From a virus, in the IMG/VR virus record IMGVR_UViG_3300032246_001438, positions 14,710-78,709 of that record: DNA of 64,000 nt, one strand, 5' to 3'. Both the position numbers and the translations under genes were made by a program. Position 1 is the first letter of the stretch. Every line of letters begins with the position of its first letter. The notes below the pieces were generated by a model. The model worked only from the letters and a program-made list of their open reading frames with translations, was not told the origin of the DNA and searched no databases. This document shows, piece by piece, positions 38,437-48,385 of the stretch.

Positions 38437-40144
38437 CAGTAACTACGTACCACAGGTTGACTACACCTCTAAAGACTATGAGTCTATTAGAGAAGACCTA
38501 ATAGCGCTTATCCCGTATTTTGCTCCCGAGTGGACAAATAGAGACCCTTCTGATTTTGGCATGACCCTAATTGAATTGTTCTCTTACATTGGTGACAATC
38601 TCAGCTACTACATTGACCGCTCAGCTAATGAGTCTTTCATTACAACTGCTAGCCAAAGAGATAGCGTCTTGTCTTTAGCTCGTGTTCTTGGGTACACCCC
38701 AACCGAAGGAACCGCCGCACTTGTTTACTTAACTTTCTATAACTCAACTGCAACCCCCGCTATTGTACCTGCTTTAACTCAAGTATCTACAAGCATTGTA
38801 TCTAATGGAGTTACAACCCAAGTTACTTTTGAAACTCTAGAAGACGTTACAGTTCCAGCAAAAGTTGGAAACACCTCTGGTTCTGCACAGGTATATGCAC
38901 AAGAAGGCGAAACTAAAACTGAAAAAATAGGAACCTCTGATGGCTCAGTTAATCAAATTTTTCAACTATCTGATTCACCTGTAATTAGTAAAAGTACTAT
39001 TGTAACTGTTGCTGGAATTAACTACACTCAAGTTGAATATATAATTGATTATCAAAACTATGACCCAGTATTTATTGCCGTTGTTGACTCTGATGAGCAG
39101 GTTTATTTACAGTTTGGTGATGGAATTAATGGACGTATTCCACCAAATGGTGTAGATGTATATGCAACCTATAGAGTTGGTGGAGGTAAAAACGGAAACG
39201 TTCCCGCTGGAACTATTAAATACATTTTAACCTCTGTCCCAACAGGAATTAGCGTTAACAATATTGACGTTGGTCAAGTGCTGGGGTCTGGTTCAGGAGG
39301 AGCTGAGCCAGAATCTACAGACTCTATTCGCACTAACGCTCCAAAAAGTATTAGAGCTTTAAATAGAGCGGTAGCTTTAACAGACTATTCTGCTATTGCA
39401 ATTCAAGTAACAGGTGTAGCAAAAGCTATATCTATTGCTGAAGTCTATAGTAACGTGACAATTTATATTGCTCCTTATGGAGACTCAGGGCTTCAATCTG
39501 ATGGGGTAACCTCTTCTCTAGTTTTTAATAACTTAGCAACTCAAATTTTAGATTACTTTGTTGATAAGACAGCGCCTGGAGTAACTATAACTTTGCAACC
39601 GCCTAAGTACGTTAATACTCAATTAAAAATGGATGTTGTAGTCCTTAGTCAATATAAAAATTCTCAAGTAGAGTTTGATGTAAAAGCGGCTCTTCAAGAA
39701 CTATTTGCTTTTGACAACGTATCTTTTAATGACCGCATTAACTTACAAGATGTTCTTGCTGTAGTAAACGATGTAGTTGGAGTATCACGAGCCTCTGTAT
39801 ATAAACTTGTGCGGGCAGATGAAGAGCAAACTTTTACTGTAAATAATAGGGCTCTTACATCAAACGTTGCAACATTGACTACCTCTGTTAATCACAATTT
39901 AACAGTAGGTCAAACAGTGCTTGTATCTAATGTTAACAATACCGTATTTAACGGTACAGCTGTAGTAACAGCTGTTACTTCAAATACATTTAGTTACGCA
40001 CTTGTATCCACAACTGTTGCTTCCGCGGCTACAGCAACTGGTTCAGTTACAGCTCTTACTGTAAAAGATATTATCTGTTCAACAAATGAACTGCCTCAAG
40101 CTGGTACCTTTGATATAACAGTAAGTGGAGGGTTCTTAAGTTAA
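38429..40144 (+). CDS. Baseplate J-like wedge protein
   Basis: DYTSKDYESIR, WTNRDPSDFG, FGDGINGRIP, GGAEPESTDSIR, RAVALTDY. Confidence 0.9.
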   Translation: MASSNYVPQVDYTSKDYESIREDLIALIPYFAPEWTNRDPSDFGMTLIELFSYIGDNLSYYIDRSANESFITTASQRDSVLSLARVLGYTPTEGTAALVYLTFYNSTATPAIVPALTQVSTSIVSNGVTTQVTFETLEDVTVPAKVGNTSGSAQVYAQEGETKTEKIGTSDGSVNQIFQLSDSPVISKSTIVTVAGINYTQVEYIIDYQNYDPVFIAVVDSDEQVYLQFGDGINGRIPPNGVDVYATYRVGGGKNGNVPAGTIKYILTSVPTGISVNNIDVGQVLGSGSGGAEPESTDSIRTNAPKSIRALNRAVALTDYSAIAIQVTGVAKAISIAEVYSNVTIYIAPYGDSGLQSDGVTSSLVFNNLATQILDYFVDKTAPGVTITLQPPKYVNTQLKMDVVVLSQYKNSQVEFDVKAALQELFAFDNVSFNDRINLQDVLAVVNDVVGVSRASVYKLVRADEEQTFTVNNRALTSNVATLTTSVNHNLTVGQTVLVSNVNNTVFNGTAVVTAVTSNTFSYALVSTTVASAATATGSVTALTVKDIICSTNELPQAGTFDITVSGGFLS

Positions 40145-42930
40145 TGGCACGTTACGGTCTTGATTACTATAGCTCGCCGTCGTTTCCTTTAAGTTACTAC
40201 GGTACAGATAGCCCAATTGCGTTTGACGCATCCCCGTTTAAAGCGCTGTCCTCTGGGTACAAACAGATTACTTTAAGCTGGAACAGCCCTTACGGAGCAT
40301 GGGCAAAGTTAAGACTAGTTAGAAACCCCTTTGGATACCCTGTTAACTCAACTGACGGGGAAATTATCTTTACTACTACTAGAGGTAAAGACCCCCTTAC
40401 TTATACCGATAACGTAGGTAAGAATAAAGCACGTTTCTATTACTATTCAATTTTTGTATTAGACCAGGTTCAGCTTCAATGGGTGCTTGCTGGTCAAGTG
40501 ACAGGATTAGCTGTAGAAAACTTTAATACTCAAAACCTTATGTATGACTATATGCCAAGAATTTATAAACTTACTACACCGTATACGGCAAGTATTGCTG
40601 GAGATAATGAAAAATTAAGAAGTTTTTTAAATGTTTTTGGTTTTGAATTTGATTATATAAGAACTCTTATTAAATTAATTACAAATCGATATGACTTTGA
40701 AAATGCTTCTGGAACTTTAATTCCATTAATGCTTGAACAGTTCGGTATTAACTATGAACCAGAGATTGGCTATCAACAAAATAGAGTTTTAATTCGTGAC
40801 GCTATTCAACTTCAAACTGAAAAGGGAAGCACTGCGGGTATTAGAGAATACCTGTCTGCTTTCAGTGGATGGTCTGTGGTGTCTCCCGTTGAAGGTACGC
40901 CTAATCCTAGCGTTGAAGGTCTTACAGTAAGTCACAACTTAATGCTTGATTACAACGATTCCTCATTTGAAGAAGGTATTGGTAACTGGACATCCCCAGA
41001 TTCAAGCGCTCAGCTGCTTCAATTAAAAAAGCAAGACATACTTAAGTTCTCTATCTCTAGTAATAACGCCAACTTATTTTTAGGAGCTCACAACTATAAA
41101 GCTGGGGATAAAATATTTATCAGCGGTTCTAAGCTTCCTATTTTTAATGAGGTTGTAACAGCTAAAACTATTACTGTAGTAGATGCAACTTCAGTTGGTT
41201 ATTCTTTGACAGCAGCAGACCTTACTCAACGCTCTGCTTTTAATACAGATACTAATGCGTACGCAAAAATTACTCCAGTGCCAGCACCTTGGGCTGAGTC
41301 AACGGCGCCTCTTCTTTATCCTAATAAACAAAATGCTTTTTTAAGTGTTGCAAATGCTGGCAGTTCTACTAATGAAGTAACTTTTTCTTGTGGTATAACA
41401 GCTCCAGTAACTAAAGGAATTCCAGTTAAGACTGGTAAGAACTATACTTTTAGTATCTACTCTGCAGCAAGCTCTACCTCTAGAACCTTAACTGCAAATA
41501 TTAAATGGTATGACAGATTTGGTGTTTTAATGAAGACTACAACTGGAGACCCTGTTACAAACAGCGTTGGTACGTTTGGGGCTAGAGCAACAGTTACAGA
41601 TTTATCTCCAACTAACTTAACACTTAACAGTTTTAATAGCACAGCTGGTACAGGCTATGTTGATGGAACATATAATAACGTTCCATTGACTTATGTATCT
41701 GGTAAGCAATTTACAATTGCTCCAAGAGGCTCTTTTACAGTTTACCTGGGCGCAGTTCTTTCTTTAACAATCACAAATGGTGGAGCTGGAGCAGATACAA
41801 CAACCATTCTTTCTGTTGCTAACTCTTCTTTGGGCGGTACGGGTTCTGGATTCCAAGTGACCGTTCAACGATGTCAAGAATGTTACTACGCAGTTCCAGG
41901 AGTTACTGTTTCTAACGTAGGAAACCTAGCAAGCAATGAACGCCATTACTTTGATGCTGCTCAATTTGAACAATCAGCTACCGTTACTTCTTTTGATGAA
42001 GCTAGACAACTGCACGTAACTTTAAAAGCTAATCGCATTAATGAAATTCGTAACCCTCACTTTGTTGCGCCATACACACCTTGGAGTGCAAGCGCATCTA
42101 CATTAAGTGTACGAACAGATGTTGCAGAACCAAACGTAGAGCTTTACAACTCAGTAGCAAGAGTAGCTGGTTCTGGAACTGGAACTATTGAACTTTCTGT
42201 TATCCATACTTTTAAAGCTGGAGACCAGATTTATGTCACTGGATTAGGTTCTCCATTTGACGGTCTTAAAACTTTAACTAGCGTCTCTGACTTTACCGTT
42301 AGCTTTGCTGCTAGTGGGACCGTTGCTAGCGCAGCTTCAACTGTAGGCGTTGTATGTAAAGGTGGGGATGCTTTAGTAATAACTTCCTCTGGTACTTCAC
42401 AAGTTATTTTAAAATCATTTGTAACAACCGCTGACTTAATGGATATACACTATCCAGATACCACATACACATTTAGTCTTTATGCAAAGACTGAACAGTC
42501 ATCAGATGTTGTTATCCCATCTATTGTTTGGTATAACAGTGCCAAAACTATTATCTCTACCTCAACAAGCTCAAGTACGTTTATGCTTAACACTAATTGG
42601 TCTAGACCAAACGTCACAGCAATTGCCCCTAGTAACGCAGCGTATGCTGCTGTACAACTAACGTGGACTCCAGCAGCCACTGGTCATAAACTAAATGTAG
42701 ACACCGCCTTGTTTGAAAACTCTCCCTTTGTTCTTGATTTTTTTGATGGAAGTTCAGGGCCAGCTGCTACAAATGAACTGTTCTGGGAAGGCTCAACGCC
42801 CAACAATGCCCGTAGCCACTACTACAAGAACAGAGTTGCTATTCAAGAAAGACTTATCGGGGGTGCCCTTAAGTACTACCTACTAGCTGGCACTACCTAC
42901 GCGGTGTACTTGGCTCAACCAAAAACATAG
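40144..42930 (+). CDS. Baseplate wedge/tail protein I-like with fibre and CBM-like domains
   Basis: LRSFLNVFGFEFD...KGSTAGIREY gpI-like segment; NLMLDYNDSSFEEGIGNW, YTFSIY, YFDAAQFE CBM-like motifs. Confidence 0.75.
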   Translation: MARYGLDYYSSPSFPLSYYGTDSPIAFDASPFKALSSGYKQITLSWNSPYGAWAKLRLVRNPFGYPVNSTDGEIIFTTTRGKDPLTYTDNVGKNKARFYYYSIFVLDQVQLQWVLAGQVTGLAVENFNTQNLMYDYMPRIYKLTTPYTASIAGDNEKLRSFLNVFGFEFDYIRTLIKLITNRYDFENASGTLIPLMLEQFGINYEPEIGYQQNRVLIRDAIQLQTEKGSTAGIREYLSAFSGWSVVSPVEGTPNPSVEGLTVSHNLMLDYNDSSFEEGIGNWTSPDSSAQLLQLKKQDILKFSISSNNANLFLGAHNYKAGDKIFISGSKLPIFNEVVTAKTITVVDATSVGYSLTAADLTQRSAFNTDTNAYAKITPVPAPWAESTAPLLYPNKQNAFLSVANAGSSTNEVTFSCGITAPVTKGIPVKTGKNYTFSIYSAASSTSRTLTANIKWYDRFGVLMKTTTGDPVTNSVGTFGARATVTDLSPTNLTLNSFNSTAGTGYVDGTYNNVPLTYVSGKQFTIAPRGSFTVYLGAVLSLTITNGGAGADTTTILSVANSSLGGTGSGFQVTVQRCQECYYAVPGVTVSNVGNLASNERHYFDAAQFEQSATVTSFDEARQLHVTLKANRINEIRNPHFVAPYTPWSASASTLSVRTDVAEPNVELYNSVARVAGSGTGTIELSVIHTFKAGDQIYVTGLGSPFDGLKTLTSVSDFTVSFAASGTVASAASTVGVVCKGGDALVITSSGTSQVILKSFVTTADLMDIHYPDTTYTFSLYAKTEQSSDVVIPSIVWYNSAKTIISTSTSSSTFMLNTNWSRPNVTAIAPSNAAYAAVQLTWTPAATGHKLNVDTALFENSPFVLDFFDGSSGPAATNELFWEGSTPNNARSHYYKNRVAIQERLIGGALKYYLLAGTTYAVYLAQPKT

Positions 42931-42942
42931 TAAGATATCCCC

Positions 42943-43224
42943 ATGGTTGAACTTGTACTCCTTGGATGCTTTACAGCTTTCCTACTAGCAATCGTAGGCC
43001 CTCTTGTAGATGTACTAAGTATGTTTATTAGTGCCGTAGTATTAAATGCGGTTTCCTCAATTATCTTCTCCGCTATTGGTACTTGGTTAGTTGAAGCTTC
43101 AACTACTAAGGGGTTTATTCTCCATACCGTAGCTGGGGCTTTCCTTGGTTCGGCATTCTTAGCCTTAGCTGAAAGGGCTGCTACCTATAAACCAGCAGTA
43201 ATCAACAGCGCTAGACCAGAGTAA
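42943..43224 (+). CDS. Small membrane protein (probably leaderless)
   Basis: Three hydrophobic segments; TAAGAT 6 nt before ATG. Confidence 0.65.
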   Translation: MVELVLLGCFTAFLLAIVGPLVDVLSMFISAVVLNAVSSIIFSAIGTWLVEASTTKGFILHTVAGAFLGSAFLALAERAATYKPAVINSARPE

Positions 43225-43264
43225 AAAATTGTGTAGTATAGGGCTCCCCTACAAGGAGGTCCCT

Positions 43265-43945
43265 ATGGACAAATACTATGTGTTAGTCGCTGGTAACGGC
43301 GAGACAAGCAGAGCCAACCTAGAGGCTCTTATGGAAGACCATTACTACGCTAATGGTTCTGATGGAACATTAGTTCTTTCATTTGATATAAAACCAAGTA
43401 AGACACAAGAGTTTGCAGCTCAGTTTGCTAAAGAAAAAAACAAGAACATCATTATGTTTTCTTCACAGGCTGCCGACTTTTCAGCGTTTCCAAATGCAAG
43501 CTTTCAACTATCTTCAAACCCCTTACATGATGCTGTAAAGATGATGTCGGGGGAAAAATCCTCTGCGTTTATTCTTTGGGACGATGAAGACCAAGCATCA
43601 GCAAACGCTTTAGCTATCTGTAAAGAATCGGACATCCCGTGCTTTGACCTATCTGATGGGTTAACCCCTTTAACAGCTTCTAAAGGGCTAAAAGAAGTTA
43701 AGGAACCTACGTTCCCTGAAAAGGAAATCGTATCTAAAGAAGAAGAAGAGGATGAAGAAGAGGATGGCACGGAGGAAGAAGAAAGCGAAGAAGACGAAGA
43801 TTTCGAAGATGAAGAAACAGACGATGCAGAAGAAGAGGCTTTGGATAATCTCTATTTCGGAGTCCAAGAAATAGCCCGTATCTTTGCTGCCGCTTTTGTT
43901 GAGGAAATTGAGGCTCGTAAGAAGGGCAAGGAAGAGCCTAAGTGA
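43265..43945 (+). CDS. Hypothetical protein; Rossmann/SLOG-like N-terminus and acidic tract
   Basis: AAGGAGGT RBS; YVLVAGNG start; long E/D-rich stretch. Confidence 0.55.
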   Translation: MDKYYVLVAGNGETSRANLEALMEDHYYANGSDGTLVLSFDIKPSKTQEFAAQFAKEKNKNIIMFSSQAADFSAFPNASFQLSSNPLHDAVKMMSGEKSSAFILWDDEDQASANALAICKESDIPCFDLSDGLTPLTASKGLKEVKEPTFPEKEIVSKEEEEDEEEDGTEEEESEEDEDFEDEETDDAEEEALDNLYFGVQEIARIFAAAFVEEIEARKKGKEEPK

Positions 43946-44829
43946 TGTCTGCCAGAGCGTTAGGTGTGTTGCTACACCTGTCCACCCAAGGGTCTTCAGG
44001 AGGCGCCAAAGGCCTCTCAGAGGGCTTCAAAGAGGGACGTGAAGCATTCCAGTCCACCCTGACCGAACTTACCGCCCTGGGCTTTATAGAGACAAAAACA
44101 TACCGTCAAACCAACGGCACCTTTTGTCGACAAATTGTCGTTACCGATGCGGGTTTTCAGGAGCTGGTTAACCGAGTACGGGTTTCCAGTACATCTATAC
44201 CGCTGTCACCGCTGTATAGCCTATTAGCAGATTATTCTAATAGCCTAAATACAAATACAGTAAGAGCTACAAAATCCACGGACGAAGTCCGTGAAGAAGA
44301 ATTTTCGAAAGTCGATATAGGAATAGGAGCCCACATGACATGGTTCGGAACGCCAATGGACCCCGACGACGTTGCCGATTTAAAAGCGAAGGACAAGGCG
44401 CGTAAACAAAAAGAGTACGAGGAGGCCAAGGCCGAGAAGGCTCAGAAGGCTTTTGTACACAGAGACAAGAAAGACCCTGCCAACTGGACTGTTAGCGATA
44501 GCGCGTCATACTTTGCCAGCCTTGTACCTGACCAGTGGAACATGCCACCATGGCGTATCCACCAGAGTCGTTTTATTATGGCGTTGAGTACCTTTAGAAA
44601 GAATAACGATTCAGATGGGACTTTAGAGAAAGTTCTTATGGAACGTTTCTTTAGTAGTCTTACTCATGAACAGTCTTTAGATGACCCCGAAAAGCTGTGG
44701 AAACAATTTATCGTCCGCGCTCCTGGAATGTTTGCAGATGCTAAACGTGCAATGATTACAGATGATGATATGGTTACCGCCAAGATTAAATACAAGAGCT
44801 CAATGGAGAAGTTCAATGTTCAAGACTGA
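43942..44829 (+). CDS. Replication initiator-like protein (N-terminal winged HTH)
   Basis: MSARALGVLLHL...EGREAFQSTLTELTALGFIE pattern; precedes a DnaC-like ATPase. Confidence 0.7.
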   Translation: MMSARALGVLLHLSTQGSSGGAKGLSEGFKEGREAFQSTLTELTALGFIETKTYRQTNGTFCRQIVVTDAGFQELVNRVRVSSTSIPLSPLYSLLADYSNSLNTNTVRATKSTDEVREEEFSKVDIGIGAHMTWFGTPMDPDDVADLKAKDKARKQKEYEEAKAEKAQKAFVHRDKKDPANWTVSDSASYFASLVPDQWNMPPWRIHQSRFIMALSTFRKNNDSDGTLEKVLMERFFSSLTHEQSLDDPEKLWKQFIVRAPGMFADAKRAMITDDDMVTAKIKYKSSMEKFNVQD

Positions 44830-45505
44830 TGAATTAAAACTTGGTAGGGCTGCTTGGATTAAGGTTGCTGGCATTCCTTCATCTTTAATTGGTTGGACCT
44901 TAGATGATTGCACAGCCACTGACCCGCAAGACATTCAAACAATCCGTACTTGGATTAACGCTGTTGGTAAAAATAAAATTATTAAAGCTGATGGTGTTCG
45001 AAGCAGTGGTCAGGGGTTACTCCTATATGGAAAGCCAGGCCACGGTAAGACAACCCTTGCCATCTCTATCATTCAAGAGATGATTACTACCCTTCCTATT
45101 GACTCATTCGCGCCATCAAAAAACATGCCTTTAGTAAGGCCTTGTTACTTTTCCACATTTAATCAGGTCCTAGACCTTAAAAGTTCTATGATGGATGGGG
45201 CGACAGACGCAGAGGAGACCCTTTATTATGGGATGTTAGGTGAGTGTGAAAACGATGCCTATAACATACGAGTACTAGTTATAGATGATTTAGGCAAAGA
45301 ACACGCAGGCCTTACTGGGTGGCAGAAGAACATGTTTCATCATGTTCTTCGCACCCGAGTAAATAATGGACTACCGACCATTGTTACCACTAACATTCCT
45401 CTTGAAGGATGGGCAGCGTTATACGGAGATTCGACAGCAAGCTATGCAGTCGAAGCGTTTGGTTACATGCCAATTATTTCAACAGAGGGAGATATGCGTA
45501 AATGA
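44816..45505 (+). CDS. DnaC/IstB-like helicase loader ATPase
   Basis: GLLLYGKPGHGKTT, VLVIDDLGKE, R..NGLPTIVTTN. Confidence 0.9.
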   Translation: MFKTDELKLGRAAWIKVAGIPSSLIGWTLDDCTATDPQDIQTIRTWINAVGKNKIIKADGVRSSGQGLLLYGKPGHGKTTLAISIIQEMITTLPIDSFAPSKNMPLVRPCYFSTFNQVLDLKSSMMDGATDAEETLYYGMLGECENDAYNIRVLVIDDLGKEHAGLTGWQKNMFHHVLRTRVNNGLPTIVTTNIPLEGWAALYGDSTASYAVEAFGYMPIISTEGDMRK

Positions 45506-45819
45506 AAGAGAACATAGTGTCAAGTGACTCTCGTTTAGTTCAGGTGTTTCTTAGCCAACAGCAAACCCCTGGGCCAGGTATCTACGAGGTATCTGTTGAA
45601 AAAGATAGTGATTCACTAAGTTGCACCTGTCCAGGATTTAGAGGACGAGCAACCTGTAAGCATGTTCGTTTTGTTAAAGCACGAATTGATAACAACAAAG
45701 GTAACTATCCATTAGAGATATCTAGTCGGGCAACTAAAGACGACGCCGAAAAAGCTCGACAATCAAACATTGATTTTCGAGAGTTTGTTATTAAGTTCGG
45801 TAAGATAGAAGTTTTTTAA
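45502..45819 (+). CDS. SWIM zinc-finger protein
   Basis: YEVSV...SCTCPGFRGRATCKHV. Confidence 0.85.
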   Translation: MKENIVSSDSRLVQVFLSQQQTPGPGIYEVSVEKDSDSLSCTCPGFRGRATCKHVRFVKARIDNNKGNYPLEISSRATKDDAEKARQSNIDFREFVIKFGKIEVF

Positions 45820-45822
45820 CCC

Positions 45823-46230
45823 GTGAAAAACGGGGATATTAGTAATGAGCTTCCAAAACGCTACCTCATTACTACGGATATATTTTTAGAAATAAATATA
45901 ACTGTAAAGAAAATCGCTAAACTTTTTCCAGTACCAAAAGTCGACAAAAAGTTTAGAAGAGATGTCTTAAGCTTTCTATATTTGTTTACTACTAAAGCTG
46001 GCGTGACATTAGAGGTTGTCTCATTTGATTTATCAGATGATGAGCTATCTAAGGTTATGGATACACTTGACAACATGGGTACTAATCCGTTTAGATACTT
46101 TTCATCATACGAGTCGGTCAATCATTTGGTTTCAGAACTTCCCTACAGGCCCGAGGTTCTTGGAGTTGTTGATGTAGACTCTAGGCTACTTCGATACGGG
46201 CACTGGGGGAAGGACTTCAAAGGTTTATGA
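45823..46230 (+). CDS. Hypothetical protein
   Basis: ORF within the replication operon. Confidence 0.65.
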   Translation: MKNGDISNELPKRYLITTDIFLEINITVKKIAKLFPVPKVDKKFRRDVLSFLYLFTTKAGVTLEVVSFDLSDDELSKVMDTLDNMGTNPFRYFSSYESVNHLVSELPYRPEVLGVVDVDSRLLRYGHWGKDFKGL

Positions 46231-47459
46231 ACAACGAAAGTAAATTATTAAGTAAAGTCTTACATGACCGCGATGTTGCTCCCCTATTTGATAGAGGCGT
46301 ACAAGACACTTGGTTTGTAGACCCTACTAACAAACGTATCTGGGAGTTTACTCGCCAGCATTTTTTTAATTATGCAGAGGTACCGAGCCTTGATGTCATA
46401 AAAGAAAACTTCCCCAACTATGTACCAGCAGCTGTATCAGACTCTGTTGAGTACTTAATTGATGCAGTTGTTGCTACTCGTAGAAAAGCCAACACTATTG
46501 GGATGGTGCAAAGCGCTATCAGTGCTTTGGAAAAAGAACAAAACCATGAGCAAGCTATTCTTAATATTCAAAGCGGTTTAATAAAGTTAGAAGAAGACGG
46601 CCTAAGTAAGACTAACGATTTAGATTTAACATCAGAAGCTACCAAGCGTTTTGATGAGTATGAGTGGCGCAAGAACAACCCAGGGTTACTTGGAGTTCCG
46701 ACTGGTTTTCCAACTATTGACATAGCAACTGGTGGTTTACAGAACGGTCAGTTGATTGTTATTGTTGCTCCACCTAAAACTGGTAAGTCAACCCTTGCTT
46801 TGCAGATTGCACAGAACGTTCACATGACTGATAAGAAAGTAATGTTTCAGTCATTTGAGATGAGCAACCATGAACAGCTCACTCGTTACGATGCTCAAAA
46901 AGCTCGCGTATCACATAACCGATTGATTAATGGAAAGCTTACCCCCGAAGAAGAGACTCGATACAAGAGAGTGCTTCAAGGAATTGAAGGCATGCGTGAA
47001 AGATTCTGGTTAGTAGATTCGGCTGCTGGTTCAACCGTCACTGGCATTACAAGTAAGATTCAAGTACTGCATCCTGATGTTGTTTTTATTGATGGTACTT
47101 ATCTCATGATTGATGAGCAGTCAGGCGAGGCTAACACTCCACAGGCCATTACTAACATCACTCGTTCTTTAAAACGTATGGCACAGAAATTTAAAGTTCC
47201 TGTCGTTATCTCTACTCAGGCTTTAAATTGGAAAATGAAAAAGGGGCAGTTAACCGCTGACTCTATTGGTTACTCATCTTCTTTCCATCAAGACGCTGAT
47301 GTTATCTTTGGTCTTCAAAGAATTGATGATGCTATTGACGACATGCGTATGCTAAAGATTCTTGATTCCCGTAACTCAGGGCGTTCAGAGGTTGCCCTTA
47401 ACTGGGATTGGAACACTGGACAGTTCCGTGAGATGGAAGGCGATGACTGGCAGGTATGA
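46227..47459 (+). CDS. dnaB: DnaB-like replicative helicase
   Basis: GVPTGFPTID..TGGLQNGQLIVIVAPPKTGKST, FEMS, VFIDG, QDADVI. Confidence 0.93.
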   Translation: MNNESKLLSKVLHDRDVAPLFDRGVQDTWFVDPTNKRIWEFTRQHFFNYAEVPSLDVIKENFPNYVPAAVSDSVEYLIDAVVATRRKANTIGMVQSAISALEKEQNHEQAILNIQSGLIKLEEDGLSKTNDLDLTSEATKRFDEYEWRKNNPGLLGVPTGFPTIDIATGGLQNGQLIVIVAPPKTGKSTLALQIAQNVHMTDKKVMFQSFEMSNHEQLTRYDAQKARVSHNRLINGKLTPEEETRYKRVLQGIEGMRERFWLVDSAAGSTVTGITSKIQVLHPDVVFIDGTYLMIDEQSGEANTPQAITNITRSLKRMAQKFKVPVVISTQALNWKMKKGQLTADSIGYSSSFHQDADVIFGLQRIDDAIDDMRMLKILDSRNSGRSEVALNWDWNTGQFREMEGDDWQV

Positions 47460-48385
47460 CAGTAGATGAGATGCAGGATACGTTATACAGATTAGGTGTT
47501 GAGGTTGTATCTGTTCGTGGGTATGAGATTCAATGTTATTGCCCTGTTCACAAGTTAATAAAGGGAGTCGAAGATAGAAATCCGTCTTTCTGGATTAATG
47601 CTGACACTGGTGCAAACCTTTGTTTTTCATGTGGTCACAAAGGCGCCTTAACAACTTTAGTCTCTATGATTCAAGGCTCTGACTATGAAGCTGCAAAAGC
47701 TTTTATTACATCAGGTGACGTTAACTTAACTAATTCATTACAGAGAGCTTTAAAACCTAAAGAGATATTTGAACAACCTACCTTTATTACAGAGTCAATG
47801 CTTTCTGCATTTGTTAAACCCCCACTTGACGCCCTTCAATCTCGTGGTCTTACCGCCTCCGCTGCAATCAAGCATGACCTTTTGTGGGATGAAAGACATT
47901 CTAATTGGATAACTGTTATTAGAGAACCGTCAACAGGTAAGCTGTTGGGATGGCAAGAGAAAGGGCATCGAGCACGGTACTTTAAAAATCAACCTGTCGG
48001 TGTTCAAAAAAGTACAACTCTTTTTGGATACAACCAATACAAAGGGGGAACAATGATTGTTGTTGAGTCCCCATTGGATGTTGTGAGATTAGAGTCTGTA
48101 GGCATCACAGGAGGCGTAGCAACCTATGGTTCCGCCGTGTCGATGGTTCAGTTTAATTTAATACGCGGGGCTGAAAAAGTAGTCTTTGCAATGGACAATG
48201 ATGACTCAGGTAAGGGCTCCTCTTTAAGTTTATTAGCATTAGCTACTGAGATGGGGTTAGAGTGTTGGTTCTTTAACTATGCAGACACTGGTATGAAAGA
48301 TGTTGGCGGTATGAGCAAAGCTGAGATAGAGTGGGGTTTAGATAACGCTAAGCATTGCGTTCACGGAGCAAAGGCTATCGCATGA
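47456..48385 (+). CDS. dnaG: DNA primase (CHC2 zinc finger + TOPRIM)
   Basis: CPVH...CFSC; IVVESPLD; AMDNDDSG; KDVG. Confidence 0.9.
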   Translation: MTVDEMQDTLYRLGVEVVSVRGYEIQCYCPVHKLIKGVEDRNPSFWINADTGANLCFSCGHKGALTTLVSMIQGSDYEAAKAFITSGDVNLTNSLQRALKPKEIFEQPTFITESMLSAFVKPPLDALQSRGLTASAAIKHDLLWDERHSNWITVIREPSTGKLLGWQEKGHRARYFKNQPVGVQKSTTLFGYNQYKGGTMIVVESPLDVVRLESVGITGGVATYGSAVSMVQFNLIRGAEKVVFAMDNDDSGKGSSLSLLALATEMGLECWFFNYADTGMKDVGGMSKAEIEWGLDNAKHCVHGAKAIA

